In this document: positions 1-8,813 of the stretch, piece by piece | Numbering within the stretch: the first letter of the stretch is position 1 | Layout of the letters: each line of letters begins with the position of its first letter | Assembly: GCA_943350175.1 (NCBI GenBank) | Contig: CALQZX010000005.1 | Location: 150 to 64,149 of the forward strand | DNA length: 64,000 nt | Source: Parcubacteria group bacterium | GTDB taxonomy: Bacteria > Patescibacteriota > Microgenomatia > UBA1400 > PJMF01 | Reading direction: 5' to 3' | Translations under genes and position numbers: made by a program | The notes under the pieces: model-generated | Database searches by the model: none | What the model saw: the letters and a program-made list of their open reading frames with translations, nothing else | What the model was told of the DNA's origin: nothing

Positions 1-158
1 TAGTCGTTGTTTTAGTCATTGTCCTTGTGTTATTTGGTGGCAAGAAACTCCCAGAACTATCTAAGGGAATCGGTGAAGCCATTAAAAATATTCGTACCGG
101 ATTCTCTGATGATGAAAAAACCAAAGACAAAACTTCAAAAGATAAGTCTAAAAAGTAA
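1..158 (+). CDS. tatA: TatA/E family twin-arginine translocase subunit, 5'-truncated by window edge
   Basis: Frame 3 translates to VVVLVIVLVLFGGKKLPELSKGIGEAIKNIRTGFSDDEKTKDKTSKDKSKK, stop TAA at 156-158. This is the TatA TM helix plus amphipathic helix (FGxxKLPEL...G....FR). Confidence 0.75.
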   Translation, partial: VVVLVIVLVLFGGKKLPELSKGIGEAIKNIRTGFSDDEKTKDKTSKDKSKK

Positions 159-864
159 TCCTCAAGAGAAGCTCCTGATCAAAGAACATCTGAGTGAGTT
201 AGCTCACCGCTTTTACGCTTGGCTCCTGTTCTTTATTGTCGGTTGCGTCATCGGTTACCTCAACTATGCCAGACTCCTTGACTGGCTCATTACTCCACTA
301 CACAAACCTCTGTTTTATACCTCACCCATTGGTGGATTTGAGGCGGTGTTTGGGGTGTCTGCCCTGTTTGGGTTTGTCTTTTCCCTGCCAATTCTCCTAT
401 TTGAGATCATCAAGTTCATCGAGCCAGTCAGTCCCAAGTTCAAAGGCAAAAAGATTATTGCCTATCTCCATATTTCCTTACTACTAGCTATATCAGGCAT
501 CCTCACCTCATATTACTTGGTATTTCCCGCCTCCCTCGAATTCCTCGGCAAGTTTGGTAGTGATCAACTAGAGTCTCTGATTTCCACCAAGGATTACTTT
601 TCATTTGTGACAAGATACCTGCTGGGATTTGCCATCCTGTTCCAGCTCCCGCTTGTGATCTATCTCATCAGTTTGTTCACGCCAGTTTCAGCCAAGTCCC
701 TCCTTAAACAATTCAAGTATGTCTTTGCCTTAAGTTTCCTAATCGCTGCCATTTTGACCCCCACCCCTGATTTAGTTAATCAAACGATCATGGCTACCCC
801 CATCATCCTTCTGTATTTGCTAACCATATTGATATTACTAATCAAAAAGGGTATTGTTAAATAA
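109..864 (+). CDS. tatC: Sec-independent protein translocase TatC
   Basis: Six TM segments, with a TatC-like N-terminus (LIKEHLSELAHRFYAWLLFF) and TatC-like loops. The first in-frame ATG before the conserved EHL motif is at 109/112, overlapping the tatA end by ~50 nt. The ORF track's start at 19 is unlikely to be real. Confidence 0.8.
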   Translation: MMKKPKTKLQKISLKSNPQEKLLIKEHLSELAHRFYAWLLFFIVGCVIGYLNYARLLDWLITPLHKPLFYTSPIGGFEAVFGVSALFGFVFSLPILLFEIIKFIEPVSPKFKGKKIIAYLHISLLLAISGILTSYYLVFPASLEFLGKFGSDQLESLISTKDYFSFVTRYLLGFAILFQLPLVIYLISLFTPVSAKSLLKQFKYVFALSFLIAAILTPTPDLVNQTIMATPIILLYLLTILILLIKKGIVK

Positions 865-867
865 GAT

Positions 868-1077
868 ATGAAAAGTGTAGTCAGGAAATTGTCCTCAGTT
901 AAACTCACAAGGTCTGAGTTTTTAACGTATGTTGGGGTAGTATTCCTTGGTATCCTTGGTATTCCTTCTCTCCTTAAACTTGTCTCAGATGTCAGTCCTA
1001 AATCAAACACTAGCACTAAAAGAGTCGTTAAAAAGCCTGCTCCACATACCTTTGGTTCTGGAGCATACGGAGTTTAA
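868..1077 (+). CDS. small hypothetical membrane protein (one TM)
   Basis: 69-aa ORF with a single hydrophobic helix, tightly packed between tatC and the downstream fibre-like genes. Confidence 0.35.
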   Translation: MKSVVRKLSSVKLTRSEFLTYVGVVFLGILGIPSLLKLVSDVSPKSNTSTKRVVKKPAPHTFGSGAYGV

Positions 1078-1087
1078 ATAAAAATAT

Positions 1088-1528
1088 ATGACAGCAATAC
1101 CAACAGTTGGAGGAAATAATGGATCTTGGGGAACAGTTCTTAATGACTACCTCCAAACAGAACATACCTCAACTGGTACTCATGGCCTTGCAACTGGACT
1201 TGTGACTGATGTAGTCAACACCGTCGCAGATGCAGGAGCTACTAAAACAATCCCAGCTCCAACCGTAGCAGGAATTAACTACTTAACCCTCACCGCCACT
1301 TGTACTCTCACTTTCCCCACAGCCGTAGCAGGTCAATCTTTTACATTAGTACTTAAACAAGGTGGATCAGGTAGTTACACCATCACTTGGCCAGCTAGTA
1401 TCGTGAAATGGGACGGTGGAGTCGCTCCTACCCTCACAACCACAGTTGGTGCAATAGACATCCTTGGTTTCATGTGTGTTGATGGCACTAACTGGTTTGG
1501 CTTTGTCTCAGGCCAAAATATGAGTTAG
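1088..1528 (+). CDS. phage tail-fibre-like protein (N-terminal 'GGxNxSWGtvLNdyL' motif)
   Basis: MTAIPTVGGNNGSWGTVLNDYLQ... resembles the conserved N-terminus of Caudovirales tail-fibre/collar proteins. The rest is Thr/Gly/Ala-rich and beta-rich. Confidence 0.45.
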   Translation: MTAIPTVGGNNGSWGTVLNDYLQTEHTSTGTHGLATGLVTDVVNTVADAGATKTIPAPTVAGINYLTLTATCTLTFPTAVAGQSFTLVLKQGGSGSYTITWPASIVKWDGGVAPTLTTTVGAIDILGFMCVDGTNWFGFVSGQNMS

Positions 1529-1544
1529 GCAATTAACACAACAT

Positions 1545-2558
1545 ATGAAATTATCTAGAAGAAGACTATTTAGAGTAATGATTAGTGGCCGAGCCACTTA
1601 CTCTATCTCTGGCACAGTTTATGACGCTGATGGTACAACGCCCGTAGAAGGTGCAACCGTCGCTCTTGGACTACTTACCACCACAAGCGTAGCTGATGGG
1701 ACATTTACAATAACTGATATTCCCGCTGGCACTTCTGGACCGATGACATGCACAAAAACGGGCTACTCGTGGACGGAGATTAGTATTGCGGCGATGGGTG
1801 GTAGTCTGACTGCGCAGAATTACGTCAATGTGTGGTATGCAATAGGTGGAACTTATAACAACATTAAGGCGTTTTATCACCCGCTAGGCGCGGCATCACT
1901 CGATGCTAGCTACGTAAACTTAATTGACCAAGGTGTAAACAATGCCGTGCCCGGAGTAACACCAACATTTGATACGTCCTATGGATGGTCGTTCAACGGG
2001 TCTAGTGAATATCTGAAATGCCCTCTTAGTATGGGAGATAATTGGACAGTGATTGAAAGATATAGTAATGGAACTGTTGGTGGAAACAAAACTTGGTGGG
2101 GCAGTGCAGATGTGGGATCGTACAAATTGGTATCTGCTAATGACGCTGGGATTGGAGACAAAATAACTGTTCAGCACGGTGGAACTGCATTAAATGTGTT
2201 TTTCCAACAACCCCTGGGAGGAATTATTGGAATTGCTGGTAGGCAACTATATGTAGATGGAGTAGCAAGAGGTTCACAAATGGGTGCAGGTTCTGGGGGC
2301 GCGTATGCCTCAGCAATGGGAATTGGCTGTTTCCTTTCTGGAACCGCACTGACACCCAGTGGTTACTCAGCTAAGCGTACTCAGATATTTATAGCTTATA
2401 ACGTAACTTTGACATTGGCACAAATACAAGTCATAAATTCGGCAATGGCGGCTTCAACAACACCATTAATCGCAGGATTGCCAGAGGATGTTTTTTTGTT
2501 TGCCAGTAGCGAACAACTTATGCTAGACTCGGTAGGCGAAAGATTGCAACAAGGATAA
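1545..2558 (+). CDS. surface protein with carboxypeptidase-regulatory-like beta-sandwich and LamG/concanavalin-like domain
   Basis: N-terminus ISGTVYDADGTTPVEGATVALG...DGTFTITDIPAGT is typical of a CarboxypepD_reg-like domain. The middle segment (SYGWSFNGSSEYLKCP...NWTVIERYSNG) looks like a LamG-like jelly-roll. Gly/Thr/Ser-rich overall. Confidence 0.45.
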   Translation: MKLSRRRLFRVMISGRATYSISGTVYDADGTTPVEGATVALGLLTTTSVADGTFTITDIPAGTSGPMTCTKTGYSWTEISIAAMGGSLTAQNYVNVWYAIGGTYNNIKAFYHPLGAASLDASYVNLIDQGVNNAVPGVTPTFDTSYGWSFNGSSEYLKCPLSMGDNWTVIERYSNGTVGGNKTWWGSADVGSYKLVSANDAGIGDKITVQHGGTALNVFFQQPLGGIIGIAGRQLYVDGVARGSQMGAGSGGAYASAMGIGCFLSGTALTPSGYSAKRTQIFIAYNVTLTLAQIQVINSAMAASTTPLIAGLPEDVFLFASSEQLMLDSVGERLQQG

Positions 2559-2560
2559 CT

Positions 2561-3757
2561 ATGGCACAAATAGGAACATATACAACAAAAGAAACCCCTG
2601 TCAGAGATGATAAATTGATAGGAACAAGCTCGAACGGAGGATCAACAAATAACTTTTTATTATCTGCCATTCGTCAGGTGTACTACCCCGAAGATTATGG
2701 CGCTGTAGGTGATGGAGCTGCAGATGATACTACTGCGTTGATAAACTGTGCGTCAGCGGCTGGTGGCAAGATAATGGCACTACAGCCAGGGAAAACCTAT
2801 ATTTATTCAGGCCGAATCATACTGACCGCTAATACGATTTTAAATGGCAATCATGCAATCCTACAGCGCAGGGCCGGGACGACACTTGTGTCTACCACTC
2901 TAACAGCTATTGCCGAAAACGCTCCCAGTGGGGTAACGGTACGGGTTGCTGACCCGTCTAAATTTGCAGTGAATATGTGGGTATCTCTAGATAATAACGT
3001 TCCCTCAATGGCAGAGCCAACTTTCACTTTGGCTGGTCATAAAATCACCAATATATCAGGTGATGTGCTCACTTTGGATAGTGCGTTCACTACTGCTATG
3101 GGGATTGGCTCTTATGTGCGCATGTCTACAACGTGTATCAACGCGGGGGCAGGTTGCAAGATTCGTAACCTGAGAATAGACGGTAACAAGGCCAATCAGC
3201 TTATAGGTGCTGCTGCGTGGGGTTACTGGGGGCAGCATTATGAACTATTAGTTACATCTTCGATAGTCGAAGGATGCGAGATTTACAATGGTCAATCTGA
3301 AGGCATTGGAATGGCTGGGATACACAATGTCATAAAAAATAACAATATTCACGATTGCAATGGGAATGGAATCCATTTGTCTGCATCGGTAAGCGATGAA
3401 ATTACAGGAAATCGACTTATAAATAATAATTTGCTAGACAACAACGCATCTAACCTGCTAACCGAGAACACGGGACACAACGAAGGACATATCTGCTTTT
3501 CTGACACAACAGAAAGTACAGTTGTGTCAGGTAATCATATTATGGCAACAGGCGCGTATGGCATCGGTGCATTCGACGCTACAAATAAATATATAATTGT
3601 TAACGCTAATATTTTTGACAGTTGCGTATCTGCCCCCATGCAAATTGGTGCTGGTGCAGATGGTGTTATCCTGACCTCTAATTTCTTTATTGATTGTGGA
3701 GTACAAGGTACAGTAGGAGGCTCAGTAATTGAGCATAATCACGTTATAAACAGATAG
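2561..3757 (+). CDS. pectate-lyase-superfamily / right-handed parallel beta-helix protein (tailspike-like)
   Basis: YYPEDYGAVGDGAADDTTALINCASAAGG is the hallmark motif of Pectate_lyase_3/tailspike proteins. Repeated NNxIHDCNGNGIHL / ITGNRLINNNL coils of a parallel beta-helix follow. Confidence 0.6.
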   Translation: MAQIGTYTTKETPVRDDKLIGTSSNGGSTNNFLLSAIRQVYYPEDYGAVGDGAADDTTALINCASAAGGKIMALQPGKTYIYSGRIILTANTILNGNHAILQRRAGTTLVSTTLTAIAENAPSGVTVRVADPSKFAVNMWVSLDNNVPSMAEPTFTLAGHKITNISGDVLTLDSAFTTAMGIGSYVRMSTTCINAGAGCKIRNLRIDGNKANQLIGAAAWGYWGQHYELLVTSSIVEGCEIYNGQSEGIGMAGIHNVIKNNNIHDCNGNGIHLSASVSDEITGNRLINNNLLDNNASNLLTENTGHNEGHICFSDTTESTVVSGNHIMATGAYGIGAFDATNKYIIVNANIFDSCVSAPMQIGAGADGVILTSNFFIDCGVQGTVGGSVIEHNHVINR

Positions 3758-3795
3758 AAAACCACCTCGGACATGCAATAGGTTTCTCTTGAAGA

Positions 3796-3984
3796 CTATT
3801 TTTGAGCTTTAGTTTTTGGAGTTTTCTCTTTTTTGTTTTCGTTATCGCTAAAGCCTGATCGAATATTCTTGATAGCTTCCCCAATTCCTCTAGATAGCTC
3901 AGGTAGCTTCTTGCCACCAAATAACACAAGGACAATAACCAAAACAACAATAAATTCTTGTACCCCTATTCCAAACATATACAT
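3796..3984 (-). CDS. tatA: TatA/E family twin-arginine translocase subunit (second copy, opposite strand)
   Basis: MYMFGIGVQEFIVVLVIVLVLFGGKKLPELSRGIGEAIKNIRSGFSDNENKKEK... Near-identical at protein level, and ~85% identical at nucleotide level over the TM/hinge region, to the partial tatA at 1-158. The two copies are in inverted orientation. Confidence 0.8.
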   Translation of the reverse strand: MYMFGIGVQEFIVVLVIVLVLFGGKKLPELSRGIGEAIKNIRSGFSDNENKKEKTPKTKAQK

Positions 3985-4194
3985 AGATATTATTCGTAAT
4001 CTACAAGGAATGCAATAGTTTGAATCCCACCAGCCCCACCTGGGCGTGAAATGATCTAGACATCTCGTGATTTATAGCTAACTACCACCACTACTCTTTC
4101 ACACACATCACTGGTGAAGCAAAATTTTTATATTTTATCTGTTAGTTGCTTTTTTCCTCTGGAGCGATATAATTCTCTCAAGTTTACAAGAGCT

Positions 4195-4217
4195 GCCCCT
4201 CCGATAGGGGCTTTTTT
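4195..4217 (+). terminator. rho-independent terminator-like hairpin (gcccct-ccgat-aggggc + T6)
   Basis: A 6-bp GC-rich stem with a 5-nt loop, followed by TTTTTT on the plus strand only. It lies in the 285-nt spacer before the pilin-like gene. Confidence 0.4.
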
Positions 4218-4269
4218 GTAGCTAGACCTGCCTAAAGTTATAAATTATTGATTTATATGGAGGTAGGCT

Positions 4270-4605
4270 ATGAATAAAAAAATAATTGTTACATCTTCTC
4301 TCGCCATCATGGCACTAATCTTTGCGTCACCAGTCTTGGCTGCTTCAGCTGACGTAACCAAGATCGAGACATTCATCAAAAGTATTATCCAAATCTTAGT
4401 GACACTTGCCGGACTCATTTCCGCTGGATTCTTTGTCTGGGGTGGTGTTAGTTATATAACCAGTTCGGGCAACCCAGTTGCGTTGGATCAGGCAAAAAAC
4501 ACGATTAAATATTCAGCCATTGGATTGATCGTTGTCTTGGGAGCATTCATCTTGACTAATATCATCTCTGATTTAGCAACTGGAGCATTTGGAGCTACTC
4601 AATAG
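4270..4605 (+). CDS. VirB2/TrbC-like pilin-type protein (signal peptide + two TM helices)
   Basis: Signal peptide MNKKIIVTSSLAIMALIFASPVLA, then two hydrophobic helices separated by a short loop (…GGVSYITSSGNPVALDQAKNTIKYSAIGLIVVLGAF…). This matches the T4SS pilin architecture. Confidence 0.5.
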   Translation: MNKKIIVTSSLAIMALIFASPVLAASADVTKIETFIKSIIQILVTLAGLISAGFFVWGGVSYITSSGNPVALDQAKNTIKYSAIGLIVVLGAFILTNIISDLATGAFGATQ

Positions 4606-4631
4606 TTCCAATCTTTGGATTATGAACAACT

Positions 4632-5924
4632 ATGAAATTATTGAGTCTGGCACTAATCACCATACTTACGACACTCTTCTTCCCTTCTGTGGCCTATGCA
4701 GCAAGTAGCGCACCATCGGAAGTAACCGCTTTTACGAGTGATGCCCTCACTCTCATTACGATAATATCGGCCGCCTCAGCGGTCTTTTTTTTAATTCGCG
4801 GTGGCTATGTCTACATTACCTCAACTGGCAAGCCAGACGCGCTTGAAGAAGCAAAGAAAACTATTCGCAACTCTATCATTGGTTTAGTACTTGTCCTCGC
4901 CTCCAGTTCAATAGTCTCTGTTTTATCTGGCGCTTTGGTGGGAGGTGGCACTGCCACAAATACAGCCACTCTTCCATTAACTCAAATTGAGAGTGTTGCT
5001 CCAAGTGATGGGTTGACCCAAGTACTAATTGATGCGGTCAACGGATTTATTCAAAATATAGTTGAGAGTTCTACTAAGCCAATAGTCGATGGAATTATGA
5101 CCTTTCTTGGCTCAACTCCATCGCTTCTTGAAAATGCCTCAATCGTCAAATTCTGGCTCATTATGCTCGGTATCACCGATACTCTCTTTGTCCTTGTCGT
5201 CGCACTCCTTGGCCTCCAATTCATGAGTGCCTCCACCTTTGGCTTTGAAGAGATAGAGTTTAAACATTTACTTCCTAGAATTGGCCTGGCGTTCTTAGGG
5301 GCGAATGTCTCACTCTTTTTGGCCGATTATGCAATTAAAGCCAGCAACGCTCTGGTATCTGGGGTAATCTCTGCCACAGGAGGCCTCAATCATGCATGGA
5401 TCACGAACGCTATTACCATATCTAGTCTAACTAATGGCACTGCGCCATTTATTATTCTCATTTTCCTTTTGATATTTCTCATTGTCGCCATCGTACTACT
5501 GCTTATGTACATCAGTCGTTTGATCGTCATAGTACTTGGAGCTGTCCTTTCTCCTTTTATATTCTTACTCTCTGCTATTCCTAAAACTGCTGACTTTGCT
5601 GAGATGGCAGTTAAAGGCTATCTTGTCTCTGTATTTACGATCTTTGTTCATGTCGTAACTATTCAACTGGCTGGAACATTTTTAACCTTGCCAGAGCAAA
5701 CCAATAACTCTCTGATTTCTGTCGCTGTGGCTATCGGGTTATTACTCACTCTCTTGAAAATTCCTAGCTTCATGATGCAACTTATTCTATTTTCCCGAAG
5801 TGTTGGAGCAGTTCGACATATGGGGAGTCAAATCACCAATGTGTTAAGTACTGACTCGAGCTCAAATGTAGCCTACAAGGGCGCGAGAGCAGTCAAGATG
5901 CCCAGAAGGAGTGCAAACCTATGA
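4632..5924 (+). CDS. VirB6/TrbL-like polytopic membrane protein with N-terminal pilin-like domain
   Basis: The N-terminal ~110 aa repeat the architecture and motifs of the preceding pilin-like protein (signal peptide, RGGYVYITSTGKPDALEEAKKTIRNSIIGLVLVL). At least five further TM helices follow, typical of VirB6/TrbL. Confidence 0.5.
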   Translation: MKLLSLALITILTTLFFPSVAYAASSAPSEVTAFTSDALTLITIISAASAVFFLIRGGYVYITSTGKPDALEEAKKTIRNSIIGLVLVLASSSIVSVLSGALVGGGTATNTATLPLTQIESVAPSDGLTQVLIDAVNGFIQNIVESSTKPIVDGIMTFLGSTPSLLENASIVKFWLIMLGITDTLFVLVVALLGLQFMSASTFGFEEIEFKHLLPRIGLAFLGANVSLFLADYAIKASNALVSGVISATGGLNHAWITNAITISSLTNGTAPFIILIFLLIFLIVAIVLLLMYISRLIVIVLGAVLSPFIFLLSAIPKTADFAEMAVKGYLVSVFTIFVHVVTIQLAGTFLTLPEQTNNSLISVAVAIGLLLTLLKIPSFMMQLILFSRSVGAVRHMGSQITNVLSTDSSSNVAYKGARAVKMPRRSANL

Positions 5925-6397
5925 GAACTACCATCATCCCAGCACAAATCACTACAGTTGAGGACAAGATTGCCGGCAGTCTTAACATGACTCAAATCCT
6001 CATTATGATGTTTCCAGTTTTATGGACAGCACTCGTATACATTCTTCTTTTCCCCAGCATGAAACTAACTTCTTTCAAACTGGTATTAATTATTTTTGCC
6101 ACAGCAACCTCGGGTATTTTGGCCCTACGAATCAAAGACAAGATAGTAGCCGAGTGGTTAGGAGTTCTTCTTAAATATCGCCTCAGGCCAAAGTACTACC
6201 TATTTAACAAAAATGATTTAACTAATCGATCACTCGATATACCAGAACTACCAGTTGAGAATGTTGTCGTCAAAAAGAAGGCAAAGAAATCTATCCGAAA
6301 CGAAAACTTTGATCTGGATATCCTTGATCAGGTTAAGCTTGAGCATTTAATAAACTCAGGCAAAGTCGCCCTACACTATCAACTGAGTAAAAAATAA
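5921..6397 (+). CDS. small two-TM protein, VirB3/PrgI/TcpE-like (T4SS)
   Basis: 158 aa with two TM helices, sitting immediately upstream of VirB4. Overlaps the upstream gene by 4 nt. Confidence 0.4.
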   Translation: MRTTIIPAQITTVEDKIAGSLNMTQILIMMFPVLWTALVYILLFPSMKLTSFKLVLIIFATATSGILALRIKDKIVAEWLGVLLKYRLRPKYYLFNKNDLTNRSLDIPELPVENVVVKKKAKKSIRNENFDLDILDQVKLEHLINSGKVALHYQLSKK

Positions 6398-6398
6398 T

Positions 6399-7019
6399 AT
6401 GAAGAACTTACTACATAAATCAGGTAGCACCAGTAGTCGCCAACAAATTCAGATTAAGGAAGTGGTGGATAACATCCTCGTGCTCCCTAATAACGAATAC
6501 CGCCAGATCCTTGAAACTTCCTCGGTCAACTTCGAGCTCAAAAGTGAAGAAGAGCAGGATGTGATCATCGACAGTTTTCAAAACTTCTTAAATGCTCTGC
6601 CCTGTCAGATCCAAATTCTCGTCAGGGTACGCGAAATGGATATTGATAAATATCTCGAAGACATCGCTAAAACAAAAGATAAGGAAAAAGTTCCTGCCTA
6701 CAAAAAACAAATTGAGGGTTACTGTGCTTTTGTGAAGAAGTTGGTCTCGGGAAATAAGATCCTATCAAGACGCTTCTATATTATCGTTCCCTACAAACAT
6801 ACTGAACGTCATCAAGACATGAAGCTCATTAAAGAACATCTAAATCTTGAGAAAGACATCATCGTCAAAGGACTCGAGCGCATGCAGATGAAAGCGAGAT
6901 CGCTCTCAGGCATAGAAATCCTCAATCTCTTTTACGGTTTTTACAACGGTGAGAGCATGAAAACTCAACCCCTTACCAAAGAATCCGTGGAGGCGTTACT
7001 ACGAAATAACTATGTTTAA
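6399..7019 (+). CDS. VirB4/TrbE-type ATPase, N-terminal domain (split gene, part 1)
   Basis: QIKEVVDNILVLPNNEYRQILETSSVNFELKSEEEQDVIIDSFQNFLNALPCQIQILV matches the N-terminal domain of Gram-positive VirB4 homologues. It ends in an ATGTTTAA overlap with the next ORF. Confidence 0.55.
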   Translation: MKNLLHKSGSTSSRQQIQIKEVVDNILVLPNNEYRQILETSSVNFELKSEEEQDVIIDSFQNFLNALPCQIQILVRVREMDIDKYLEDIAKTKDKEKVPAYKKQIEGYCAFVKKLVSGNKILSRRFYIIVPYKHTERHQDMKLIKEHLNLEKDIIVKGLERMQMKARSLSGIEILNLFYGFYNGESMKTQPLTKESVEALLRNNYV

Positions 7020-8811
7020 TCTAACCAAAAAACTATCAAATCTAAAACCAATTAAAAATTGGAAACGCCAACAGCTCAAGAAGAAGTTGACCAACCAGTC
7101 GATTAACATTGCCTACGGGCAGCAAGATCAGCTCGACATGATCTCTTATGCTGGTCTTAAAGAAGAATCCAGCTATTTGCAGATCAACGATCGCTACGTC
7201 AGGACATTGTTTGTTTCAGGCTATCCCTATGTAGCCTCAACTGGCTGGCTCTCTATGCTCATTAATTTCAATCACAATATTGATATCAGCTATCACATTG
7301 AACAAGTTGATCCACTCATTGCTCTGCCCAAACTCAATAGAAAGATCACGGAGCTTGAATCCACCAAACGCACCATGCTTAAAGAAGGTAAGGTCATAGG
7401 GAGCGAAATTACTGATCCCCTCGAATCGGCTATGGAGCTTAAAGACAAAATTCAGCGGGGCATGGAGAAGCTTTTCCAAATCTCTATCTATATGACGATT
7501 AGTGCCGAGAGTTTATCAGAACTCAATAAAGTCACCAAACTCCTCGAAACGGTTATGCAGACAAGACTTTTCTACATCAAGCCCGCTACCTTCCAACAGA
7601 TCGAGGGGTTGCAGTCTATTCTCCCTAGAGCCGAGAATAAACTAGCTCAAAAACGTAATCTTGATAGCTCAAGTGCTGCCCTGACCTTCCCCTTTGTCTC
7701 CTCTGAACTCGTCCAAGAATCAGGTATCTTGTACGGTATCAACAAATCAAATAATTCTCTGGTCATTATTGATCGCTTTAGTTTAAATAATGCCAACTCT
7801 ATTATTTTTGCCCAGTCGGGATCTGGTAAAAGCTATACCGCCAAGGTGGAGATTTTAAGACACCTGATGCAGGGTACAAAGGTCATCATTATTGACCCTG
7901 AGCGCGAGTACAAACAACTGGCTAAGAGTGTGGACGGCACATATATCAAACTCTCTAGCTCATCCAAAGAAAAGATTAATCCTTTTCAGTTCTCAGAGCA
8001 CTCAGTTACCCAAGAAAACAATTTATCCGAACATATTCAGGATTTAACCGAGCTCATCTCCCTGATGGTTGGGTCACTCACCTCAGAAGAGAGGGCATCA
8101 GTTGATCGCGCACTACTTCTCACCTACAAAGAAGCCAAGCTTACTCCGCGTAAAAATGCCAAGAGATCAAAAGCAATAGAGTATCCGCTCCTGAAAGATT
8201 TCTATAAAAATTTAAAATTAATGAAACAGAAAGATTTATGCGACCGACTTGAGAGATTTGTAAAAGGATCGTTATCTACCGTCTTTGATTCCCAAACTAA
8301 TATCAAACTGGATAATCGTCTAATTGTCTTTGATATTAAAGATTTAAACGAATCAATCAGATCAATCATGATGATGGTGGTTGCTAACTTCGTTAATAAC
8401 GAAGTTAAACAAAATCCCCAGAAACGAATGCTCGTGATTGATGAGGGTTGGATGCTCCTGCAAGAACCAGAGAGTGCCAGGTTTATCTCAGGTCTAGTTC
8501 GCCGAGCAAGAAAATATTACTTAGGCGTCACGATCATCACTCAGCAAGCCAATGACTTCCTCAACCAAGACTATGGCAAAGCCATTGCTAGCCAATCATC
8601 CCTGAGAATTCTAATGCGCCAAGATACGACAACTATTAAAAAAGTGGCTGACGAGTTCCATTTATCTGCCTATGAACAACACTATCTGCTAACCTGTGAT
8701 CGAGGTGAGGCTTTAATTATTGCCGATCAAAACCATGTTGCAGTGAAAATTGTGGCCTCAGAGCAAGAACATCCACTTCTGACTACTGATCCCCGGGAAG
8801 TCTATATCTAG
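7012..8811 (+). CDS. VirB4/TrbE-type T4SS ATPase, C-terminal ATPase domain (split gene, part 2)
   Basis: Walker A IIFAQSGSGKSYTAKVEIL, Walker B RMLVIDEGWMLL, and the overall VirB4/CagE/TrbE C-terminal layout. Confidence 0.8.
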   Translation: MFNLTKKLSNLKPIKNWKRQQLKKKLTNQSINIAYGQQDQLDMISYAGLKEESSYLQINDRYVRTLFVSGYPYVASTGWLSMLINFNHNIDISYHIEQVDPLIALPKLNRKITELESTKRTMLKEGKVIGSEITDPLESAMELKDKIQRGMEKLFQISIYMTISAESLSELNKVTKLLETVMQTRLFYIKPATFQQIEGLQSILPRAENKLAQKRNLDSSSAALTFPFVSSELVQESGILYGINKSNNSLVIIDRFSLNNANSIIFAQSGSGKSYTAKVEILRHLMQGTKVIIIDPEREYKQLAKSVDGTYIKLSSSSKEKINPFQFSEHSVTQENNLSEHIQDLTELISLMVGSLTSEERASVDRALLLTYKEAKLTPRKNAKRSKAIEYPLLKDFYKNLKLMKQKDLCDRLERFVKGSLSTVFDSQTNIKLDNRLIVFDIKDLNESIRSIMMMVVANFVNNEVKQNPQKRMLVIDEGWMLLQEPESARFISGLVRRARKYYLGVTIITQQANDFLNQDYGKAIASQSSLRILMRQDTTTIKKVADEFHLSAYEQHYLLTCDRGEALIIADQNHVAVKIVASEQEHPLLTTDPREVYI

Positions 8812-8813
8812 CT

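Noticed and set aside
1545-1640. Twin-arginine signal peptide on the 337-aa fibre-like protein (MKLSRRRLFRV…)
   Set aside because: The RR-L-F-R motif is present, but no hydrophobic h-region or AxA cleavage site follows. Not a credible Tat signal.
236-3238. Antisense or alternate-frame ORFs inside tatC and the fibre-like genes (236-487, 780-1016, 1671-1880, 1920-2177, 1979-2161, 3056-3238)
   Set aside because: They are fully embedded in longer ORFs with clear homology and are typical shadow ORFs.
868-3757. Diversity-generating retroelement targeting the fibre-like genes
   Set aside because: No reverse transcriptase gene or template/variable repeat pair could be found in or near the cassette.
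1-3984. The inverted tatA copies as terminal inverted repeats of an IS or transposon
   Set aside because: Both copies are intact functional-looking tatA ORFs, and no transposase is enclosed. Paralogy with a possible inversion substrate is more parsimonious than an IS.
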